NCBI GenBank assembly: GCA_002450755.1
Contig: DKAI01000192.1
Coordinates: 1 to 37,909 of the forward strand
Origin: Deltaproteobacteria bacterium UBA6930
GTDB taxonomy: Bacteria; Myxococcota_A; UBA9160; UBA6930
Length of the DNA stretch: 37,909 nucleotides
Reading direction: 5' to 3'
The notes under the pieces: generated by a model
Seen by the model: the letters and a program-made list of their open reading frames with translations, nothing else
Told to the model about the DNA's origin: nothing
Database searches by the model: none
Position numbers and translations under genes: made by a program
In this document: positions 9,324 to 15,951 of the stretch, piece after piece
Position numbering within the stretch: position 1 is the first letter of the stretch
How the letters are laid out: every line of letters starts with the position of its first letter

Positions 9324-10145
9324 GTGGGCGACGCAAGAAATGTCAATGCATTATTCAACTACTTGGATGTCGATCAAAGGAAACCAGCGTACTATTTGTA
9401 CCAACCAGATAACGAAGAGCCAATCGAACGACCCAAGAATGCAAAACACCTAATGAAGGTAACCGACGTACGAAGTCGTCTCGGAGACCTATCTCTTGAC
9501 GTTGAAGGAATCGACATGCTCAGCTCGGCGTCGAACGTCCCGGACTTTTATGACTCGGAATCCGTCAAGGCAACCTATTATCCAGAAGTTGAGGAAATCG
9601 TCCGCGAACACACCGGTGCAACAAAAGTATTGGTCTTCGATCACAACGTTCGCTGCGGTCCGCGCCACGACGCGGGCGAAAAAGGAGTAAGTTCCCCTGT
9701 GCGCTTCGCACACAACGATTATACGATTGATTCTGGCCCCCAGAGAGTAAAAGACCTCCTCCCAGATGAAGCGGACTACTTACTTAAATACCGTTTCGCC
9801 GTCATTAATGTCTGGAGACCGATCAACCACCCCGTACAAGACGTACCCCTGGCTGTATGTGATGCAAGCACTATGGAACAAAAAGACTTCGTCGCCACGG
9901 ACTTAGTCTATCCCGATCGTACGGGTGAAATTTATTCCGTAAAACATCAAAATCGGCACCGTTGGTTCTTCGTTTCCGACATGAAACCAGATGAAGTTAT
10001 GTTATTAAAGTGTTACGACTCAGATGCAACGGTCGCACGATTTACGGCTCATTCGGCTTTTAACGACCCCGAGGCTCCAGAAGGCGCACCCTCGAGAGAA
10101 AGTATCGAAGCAAGAACCTTAGCCTTCTTCGCGCCGGAGGCTTGA
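9324..10145 (+). CDS. CmcJ/NvfI (AsaB-like) family 2OG-Fe(II) oxygenase
   Basis: 'YYPEVEEIV...TGA..V.VFDHNVR', HxD 'AHNDYT', 'INVWRPI..PVQD.PLAVCDA', 'LLKCYDS', 'TAHSAF', 'RESIEAR'; GTG start. Confidence 0.85.
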   Translation: MGDARNVNALFNYLDVDQRKPAYYLYQPDNEEPIERPKNAKHLMKVTDVRSRLGDLSLDVEGIDMLSSASNVPDFYDSESVKATYYPEVEEIVREHTGATKVLVFDHNVRCGPRHDAGEKGVSSPVRFAHNDYTIDSGPQRVKDLLPDEADYLLKYRFAVINVWRPINHPVQDVPLAVCDASTMEQKDFVATDLVYPDRTGEIYSVKHQNRHRWFFVSDMKPDEVMLLKCYDSDATVARFTAHSAFNDPEAPEGAPSRESIEARTLAFFAPEA

Positions 10146-10170
10146 AGAAACATCCAAGAGCGTGTAGCCA

Positions 10171-11391
10171 TTGACTGGACCCCTCACCGCACCACTCGTA
10201 GACTTAACCCTAAACAACGTGTGGAGGAAGGGGCAACACGGAGCGTTCCGAGGGTTTCTTGGCGTTTTTTTATCGGTTTATTTTTTAAATCTGGTTTTTA
10301 CTGGTGCCGAATTATCCTTTCCCTCAGAGCTGTCCTACCTATCGCCTTCCGTCAAGAATGCTCTTAGCTTAAATCCTAAGATTCCTTTTGATACCTTGCT
10401 TTTAGTCTTGGGCTCAGTGTTGAGTATTGGATTAATTTCAGGATTCAGGATTCGCGCGATCACTGCGGTTTTAATGCTTTTATTATTGTTCTCACCGTTT
10501 CCCTTGGTACAGAACATAGCGACTACTCTCCTGCTCTTTTGGCTTCTGACTCTCAACGCAAGCCTCCCTCAGCCATCACGTGATCTCCCAAACCTTAAGA
10601 GCAAAGTTGTCCAGAAATCACCTGCGCTTTCCAAATTTCACTTTTGGTCTGCTTGGACGATTTTGGCGGGGGTGCACGCGCACATCGCTCTTTCTTCAAT
10701 ATCTGCTTTGCTACTCACTGAAACCGACGACGCTACAAACGCGCTTCAAACTCTATTAGAGCACTCCCCTACTCCAGGCATTCCAGCTGCAGTAATAGGT
10801 TTTTCCATGAGCCTAACGTTTGTATTGTTAGCAGTCGTTAAATCGATGCGTTCAAGATTTTGGATTCTGATAATGTTACTCACTTTTTGTAAATTTCTTA
10901 TGGAACCCAGTCTTTCGGAGGCTGCCTTGCTCCTTGCGTACTTTTCAGTTTTCGACCCCAATTGGTTTCCTGGAAAAGGTGGACCCTACAGACTTTTTTA
11001 TGATGGAAACTGTGGACTATGCCATAAATCTGTTCGCTTTATTATTTTCGAACAATCTCTACCATCAAAGTTTCTCTTTTCGACTCTCCGATCAGGGCAT
11101 TTCGATAAAATACCTTCACACATTCGTAGTACGATCCCAGATTCATTGGTGTTAACAAAGCATGAAGGGTCTCTGGACATTAAGTGCCGCTCAGATGCTG
11201 TGATCGCTATTCTTGAAGGTATCGGAGGGACATGGCTATTTGTCGGATGGCTCATCTCGCATATTCCAAGGGTAGTACGAGATGGAATTTACGACGTTGT
11301 CGCAAAACAAAGGGCTAATTTTTTTTCAAGACCAATCGAATCGTGCCCAATAGTTCCAGCTTGGGCGAGCAATCTCTTTGAGGACGAATAG
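10171..11391 (+). CDS. Polytopic membrane protein fused to a C-terminal DCC1-like (DUF393) thiol-disulfide oxidoreductase domain
   Basis: About 7 hydrophobic stretches in the first 265 aa, then 'LFYDGNCGLCHKSVRF', 'PDSLVL', 'RSDAVIAIL', 'PRVVRDGIYDVVAKQR'; start uncertain. Confidence 0.78.
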   Translation: MTGPLTAPLVDLTLNNVWRKGQHGAFRGFLGVFLSVYFLNLVFTGAELSFPSELSYLSPSVKNALSLNPKIPFDTLLLVLGSVLSIGLISGFRIRAITAVLMLLLLFSPFPLVQNIATTLLLFWLLTLNASLPQPSRDLPNLKSKVVQKSPALSKFHFWSAWTILAGVHAHIALSSISALLLTETDDATNALQTLLEHSPTPGIPAAVIGFSMSLTFVLLAVVKSMRSRFWILIMLLTFCKFLMEPSLSEAALLLAYFSVFDPNWFPGKGGPYRLFYDGNCGLCHKSVRFIIFEQSLPSKFLFSTLRSGHFDKIPSHIRSTIPDSLVLTKHEGSLDIKCRSDAVIAILEGIGGTWLFVGWLISHIPRVVRDGIYDVVAKQRANFFSRPIESCPIVPAWASNLFEDE

Positions 11392-11434
11392 GAATTTTAT
11401 TCAGATTTTCTCTTATTCATCTGACGTGCCACGA

Positions 11435-11440
11435 TATAAT
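11435..11440 (+). promoter_or_regulatory. Putative -10 box TATAAT
   Basis: Perfect hexamer 8 nt upstream of ATG 11449, with no SD in between. Confidence 0.45.
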
Positions 11441-11448
11441 CGCGAACA

Positions 11449-11886
11449 ATGCCCGCTATAAATTCAAGAGCCGCCCTTCTCGGCTATCTGATTGCTCTAG
11501 GGATGATAAGTGCCATGTTTACAGTAGGCTGTCAGTCAGGCTCGCCAATGATGGATTCCAGGCTTGACAAACCGGGTGTGCCTATCGGCAAATCCGCTTT
11601 TTTGAAGGCAGGATCTCTCACTTACAGTTCTGCAGAGCTTAGATCTTGGAATGACGGCGGCGCTATCGTGGATTTTGTTATAGCGAATGGAACCCATCGC
11701 AACTACAGCACGATCACCGTGGTTGTAATCTTATTAGGCAAGAATGGAGAACGAGCGTCCCAAAGGGCCACTCTATTTAACTTGGAGCAAACAACGGATG
11801 GACGATCAGTAGCGCGGTTCGAGAAACTTGACTTTGCGGTTGACGATATAATCTTTGAAGTCGTCGACTCTCAGGATTTGTATTGA
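11449..11886 (+). CDS. Hypothetical lipoprotein (possible FxLYD-like beta-sandwich)
   Basis: Signal peptide with lipobox-like 'FTVGC'; pattern 'VIANGT.RNY..ITVVVILLGKNGE'. Confidence 0.6.
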   Translation: MPAINSRAALLGYLIALGMISAMFTVGCQSGSPMMDSRLDKPGVPIGKSAFLKAGSLTYSSAELRSWNDGGAIVDFVIANGTHRNYSTITVVVILLGKNGERASQRATLFNLEQTTDGRSVARFEKLDFAVDDIIFEVVDSQDLY

Positions 11887-11940
11887 AAATATTGACTTCG
11901 AAATCCAATAGAAAATCTCCGCAGACTTGGTGTTTCAAAC

Positions 11941-12990
11941 TTAAACCCAACGGTTTAAAAAGTTTTTAAACGGAACATCTATCTTCTTGACGTTTTGAAC
12001 CCACTCCTTGGTCACAGCGGGATCATCACTGGAAGATGACATTGGCATAATCAGATCAACCTGGCCGCCAAACCTTTCTTTAATTTGAGGCAGTACGTCG
12101 TCATGAGTCCCGATAACTGCGAATAGCCTAAGTACATCGTCATCAATCTCTTTTGACATCTCATCCCACAATCCGCGCCTAGAAAGATCGTGCAACTTTG
12201 CGCCCAGATCCAACAAATCGTGTTGTTCCAGAACTGGCCAGTAGGTTCTCGTGGAGCCATAAAAGGCGACACGATATCGAACGAACTCGGAGAGCCGAGC
12301 CACAGTGTCCGAATCCGGCCCAGTGACCAGAAAACCGCCGCCGCTTAAGCATAGATTTTCTCTAGACTGCCCCCCGGCCTCCATGCCTCTCTCGAGCTCC
12401 GGCTTCACCACATTGTCAAAATATTTACGGGTGCAAAATGGATGCAATTGCACTCCATCGGACAACTCGCCGGCCAATTTGATCATTGCCGGGCCCACCG
12501 CTGCGAGAGTTATTGGGACCATCGGTTGTTTGCTAGGAGGAGGTGAGAAATTTGGTGTCATCAGATCAAACCGATAGTGGTTGCCTCGAAAGTTCAGTTT
12601 TTCGCTCAACTCCCAACATCTCCAGATGGCACGAAGCGAGGCTATGTATTCACGCATTCTGGGAACTGGGGGGGTCCAGGGAACTGAAAACCGTCTCTCA
12701 TTATGCCCCTTTACTTGAGGACCAAGGCCTAGAACAAATCGACCGCCTGAGGCTTCCTGAAGGTCGAATGCCGTATTTGCTGTCACCATAGGACTTCGGT
12801 TGAAAGAAATAGCGATACCAGTCCAAAGTTGGAGATTCTTTGTATGCTCCGCAGCCAACGCTAGAGGCATAAAAGGCTCATGAGCGTTCTCCATCGTCAT
12901 AAAAATGTCCGCACCTAAGCTCTCCGCATTAATCGATTGCGCCCTGACATCACGCAGAGACTTTCCAGACCAGCGACTTGCAAGAAACAT
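11941..12990 (-). CDS. LLM-class probable F420-dependent oxidoreductase (MSMEG_2256/TIGR03617-like)
   Basis: 'ENAHEPFMPLALAAEHT', 'FNRSPMVTA..AFDLQ..SGGRFVLGLGPQVKGHNERRFSVPW', 'AFYGSTRTY'. Confidence 0.88.
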   Translation of the reverse strand: MFLASRWSGKSLRDVRAQSINAESLGADIFMTMENAHEPFMPLALAAEHTKNLQLWTGIAISFNRSPMVTANTAFDLQEASGGRFVLGLGPQVKGHNERRFSVPWTPPVPRMREYIASLRAIWRCWELSEKLNFRGNHYRFDLMTPNFSPPPSKQPMVPITLAAVGPAMIKLAGELSDGVQLHPFCTRKYFDNVVKPELERGMEAGGQSRENLCLSGGGFLVTGPDSDTVARLSEFVRYRVAFYGSTRTYWPVLEQHDLLDLGAKLHDLSRRGLWDEMSKEIDDDVLRLFAVIGTHDDVLPQIKERFGGQVDLIMPMSSSSDDPAVTKEWVQNVKKIDVPFKNFLNRWV

Positions 12991-13097
12991 GACTTCCCCC
13001 CCCAGATAAGATCTTCGTCAGTTAAGATCATCACAACACTGGAACAAAGTCCACACTCTTTGAAGTGCAGAAGCGAACAACATAGAAGGCGAATTAA

Positions 13098-14120
13098 ATG
13101 GCCAAATCCGTAACTCTAGAATCTCAGACGAAAAAGATCCGAGCATGGATGCTCGGTCTACATGGAACTTATGCGCTCGATATCGGCGGACGAATAGGAG
13201 CTTTTCAGGCCCTGCGTGAACTTGGAGGAAAGGCAACGTCCCAAGACTTGGCTAAACATCTTGCTTTGGATCCGCGCCAAGTGCACGCTTTCTGCATGAT
13301 GGCCACTACCCTTGGGATCTTTACAGAGGAAAAACGGCTTTTCAGCTTCGCTCCGTATATGGACGAAATACTCCAAGAAGACAAGCCTGATCTTCCAGGA
13401 ATTCACACACTGATAGAAATTGCGAAGGATTACCCCGGTTACCCTCAAGCGTTCACAGCAAGGACGCGAAAAACGTTTGCCGAACATGATCCAGAGTTTT
13501 TCTCCCGACAAATCCAGGTAGCCTCGTTTCGCGCACCTTTAATTGCGGGATATGCCCTCAAACACGAAACCATTGGACCGAAACTACAACAGGGAGGGAG
13601 TATTCTCGACGTAGGTTCAGGTGGAGGAGGTGTTCTCTTCGCCTTCGCCGACGTGTTCCCAGATGCCAAAATCACCGGAATTGAGCCTTTAACCTTTTTT
13701 TCAGAGGAGACGAATAAATCGATAGCTAAAAAAGGCTTGACCCAACATATACGTGTTGATCCGTGTGCTGCAGAAACAATGGAATACGAACAAGAGTTCG
13801 ACCTCATAACATTGGTCCAAGTTTTCCATGAACTACCGAATGACGAAAAAGTAAATATTCTCAAAAAGTGCCGTGCGGCCATCAATCCTGGCGGCAGGCT
13901 AGTAATAGTTGACAGGTGCCTCCCGGATCACGGCGACACGATTGAGGACCGGCGATTCACGATGAGCATCATTGAACAATGGTTCGAGATTACTTGGGGT
14001 AATGTAGTAAACACTCGTACTGAAATAGATGAAATGCTGAAGCGAAGCGGCTGGGAAATCGTGAGCCAAGACGAAAGGGCTGTCCCAACCTACTGGACCT
14101 TTGAAGCAAAGACGGTCTAA
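13098..14120 (+). CDS. Class I SAM-dependent methyltransferase with N-terminal winged-helix/dimerisation domain
   Basis: Motif I 'ILDVGSGGG', 'FDLITLVQVFHE', 'INPGGRLVIVD'; N-terminal 'ATSQDLAKHLALDPR'. Confidence 0.85.
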   Translation: MAKSVTLESQTKKIRAWMLGLHGTYALDIGGRIGAFQALRELGGKATSQDLAKHLALDPRQVHAFCMMATTLGIFTEEKRLFSFAPYMDEILQEDKPDLPGIHTLIEIAKDYPGYPQAFTARTRKTFAEHDPEFFSRQIQVASFRAPLIAGYALKHETIGPKLQQGGSILDVGSGGGGVLFAFADVFPDAKITGIEPLTFFSEETNKSIAKKGLTQHIRVDPCAAETMEYEQEFDLITLVQVFHELPNDEKVNILKKCRAAINPGGRLVIVDRCLPDHGDTIEDRRFTMSIIEQWFEITWGNVVNTRTEIDEMLKRSGWEIVSQDERAVPTYWTFEAKTV

Positions 14121-14149
14121 CAGGTTCTTCCGATTAAAGGCAAGCGGAA

Positions 14150-14326
14150 CTACTGTTCAGGCTCGTCCTCCTCATTAATGAGTCCGTAACCTTCTAGGTC
14201 TTCTCGAGTAGCCACTCTTTCCGCCTCGGAATCTTCTTCCTTGGGTTCTTTCAGCTCACGCATCATTCGCTTTTGCGCGGCTTTTTCGGCCTTCTCTCGT
14301 TCTCGTTTTCTCTTGAGGACTGACAT
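14150..14326 (-). CDS. 58-aa charged microprotein (not in the ORF track), downstream of the RRM gene
   Basis: Hand-translated ATG 14326 to TAG 14150: MSVLKRKREREKAEKAAQKRMMRELKEPKEEDSEAERVATREDLEGYGLINEEDEPEQ; AGAAGGA SD-like tract about 10 nt upstream; fills an otherwise empty gap. Confidence 0.72.
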   Translation of the reverse strand: MSVLKRKREREKAEKAAQKRMMRELKEPKEEDSEAERVATREDLEGYGLINEEDEPEQ

Positions 14327-14346
14327 AATGGTATAGTCCTTCTCTT

Positions 14347-14470
14347 CCTAGGCGCACCTCAAGGGCGCTTAGGTTCCACTGCTGCTCGCTTGAAATGGAA
14401 ACTTCCCTTGGAGCCTGTCCGCAGTGCAAGTGTTGTCCGGCGTTTCGCCCGGGCGCAAAGCGCCCGGACT
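14347..14470 (-). ncRNA. Candidate structured cis-regulatory RNA between the RRM gene and the microprotein
   Basis: Three consecutive pairable domains: three-way junction 14469-14435, CACTGC/GCAGTG stem with inner GCTC/GAGC 14426-14377, hairpin CCTA-A-GCGC...GCGC-C-TAGG 14373-14347. Confidence 0.45.
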
Positions 14471-14488
14471 CAATCTTCCGTCGGCCCT

Positions 14489-14785
14489 CTAGTAACGACC
14501 GCCGCCGCCACGGCGTCCACCGCCGCCACCGCCGCCGCGGCGCTCTTGCGCCTCGTTAACACGAACAGTTCGGCCGCCGAGATCCGTGCCATCTAAAGCA
14601 CGCATCGCGGACTCTGCCTCGCTGTCCTCGCCCATCTCGACGAAGCCAAAGCCTCGCGGGCGACCGGTTTCACGATCGGTTATTAAGTTGACCGAAGTCA
14701 CAGATCCATGAGCCTCGAAGACAGCCCTGAGCTCATCTTCGCTAGTTGTAAAAGGGAGATTCCCTACGTAAAGCTTCTTACCCAA
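14489..14785 (-). CDS. RNA-recognition-motif (RRM/RNP-1) RNA-binding protein with Gly-rich tail (bacterial Rbp type)
   Basis: RNP2 'LYVGNL', RNP1 'RGFGFVEM', 'LDGTDLGGRTVRVNEA', tail 'GGGGGGGRRGGGGRY'; TTG start, GAGGG SD. Confidence 0.95.
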   Translation of the reverse strand: MGKKLYVGNLPFTTSEDELRAVFEAHGSVTSVNLITDRETGRPRGFGFVEMGEDSEAESAMRALDGTDLGGRTVRVNEAQERRGGGGGGGRRGGGGRY

Positions 14786-14799
14786 TGCGATATTCCCTC

Positions 14800-15019
14800 A
14801 CCGCGGACTCCTTTTATGTCTCAATCAAGGGGACGAGTCCGCAGGTACTTGCCGCCGGTCGTTCCGGTCTCTCCGGTTTGACCGACCGAGATAGTCTAGG
14901 GCTCCCAGGGAGGTAGGCCACCCTTACAGTGGTCGGTTGAACAAGCAAATGGCGTTTCTTATGGTTTTTGCCATAAAAGTTGGTCTTTTTGGTCCCTAAG
15001 TAGCCCCCCAGGAGCCCTA
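14800..15019 (-). promoter_or_regulatory. Candidate long structured 5' leader / ncRNA upstream of the RRM gene
   Basis: GCGGACTC/GAGTCCGC stem (14842-14803), CGGTCG/CGACCG stem (14888-14856), 19-bp imperfect inverted repeat 14897-14915 / 15001-15019. Confidence 0.4.
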
Positions 15020-15097
15020 AGTGCCGCCCGCGACCTCAACAATCAAGAATTTTTCTTCATTAAACCGTAGAATTCGCGCTCCAAAGGAGGAGCAAAA

Positions 15098-15880
15098 ATG
15101 GGAAAAGAACGCTTAAAAGGCCTAAATGCCTTAATCACGGGTGCAAGCAGAGGAATCGGCCGCGCGATTGCCCTGAAATATGCTGACGAGGGCGCTGATC
15201 TCTTTCTAGCTGCGACAAAAAGAGAGAATTTAGAAAACGTCGCAACGGAGATAAGCTCTCTGGGCCGACAAGTTTTCACCTATGAACTCGACGTATCTGA
15301 CCGGAAGCAGGCAGTTCAGATGGTCGATCAGGCAATTTTGGATCTCGGACGAATCGACATCCTGATCAACAACGCTGGCGTCTACAAGCCTGCCCGGTTC
15401 GTTGATTATTCTCCTGAAGATTTTGATCGCATAATTCAGGTCAACCTTTATGGAGCATTTCATGTTCTTCAGCTCGTCGTTCGAAATATGATTAAGGAAG
15501 GGACGGGGAGTGTGATTAATATTGCCTCCACCGCGGGCAAGTGGGGGTCGATGAACCAAAGCGCATACAACACTTCAAAGCACGGCCTCGTAGGACTTAC
15601 CCGTTGTGTGGCCCTTGAAACAGCGGCGGCAGGGCTTCGAGTAAACGCGATCTGCCCGGGCTTCGTTGAGACTGACCTATTAAATGAACTCAAGACACAT
15701 GCGGAAATCAACGGGATGTCCGAGAACGAATTTCGTGAATTAGCCAAGTCCCGGGTTCCGATGCGCCGTTTCATGAAATCTGAAGAAATTGCGGATCTCG
15801 CTATTTTTTTAGGATCGGATGAATCCTCGGGGATGACCGGACAATCCCTCCTCATTGATGGTGGAATGGTTCTAGTCTAA
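15098..15880 (+). CDS. Short-chain dehydrogenase/reductase (classical SDR)
   Basis: 'TGASRGIG', 'NNAG', 'YNTSK', 'VNAICPGFVET'; AAGGAGG SD. Confidence 0.92.
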   Translation: MGKERLKGLNALITGASRGIGRAIALKYADEGADLFLAATKRENLENVATEISSLGRQVFTYELDVSDRKQAVQMVDQAILDLGRIDILINNAGVYKPARFVDYSPEDFDRIIQVNLYGAFHVLQLVVRNMIKEGTGSVINIASTAGKWGSMNQSAYNTSKHGLVGLTRCVALETAAAGLRVNAICPGFVETDLLNELKTHAEINGMSENEFRELAKSRVPMRRFMKSEEIADLAIFLGSDESSGMTGQSLLIDGGMVLV

Positions 15881-15951
15881 AAAAGTTACGCTTGGACGGA
15901 GAGAAAATTCATGTTCTCCACCCTTGCGTTAGATCCACGAAAGAAAATTGA

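Noticed and set aside
12996-13003. C8/G8 homopolymer as a possible phase-variation tract
   Set aside because: It sits at the SD position of the LLM gene, is short, and changing its length does not restore a recognisable longer protein
14442-14477. Hammerhead ribozyme look-alike on the minus strand (GAUUGAG-stem-CGAAAC)
   Set aside because: The core requires CUGANGA but here reads AAGAUUGA, and I could not build convincing stems I and III with an NUH cleavage site
14389-14596. 68-aa plus-strand ORF with an Ala/Thr-rich tract, and the (GCC)n repeat at about 14498-14540
   Set aside because: Antisense reading of the RRM Gly-rich tail; not an independent gene or repeat element
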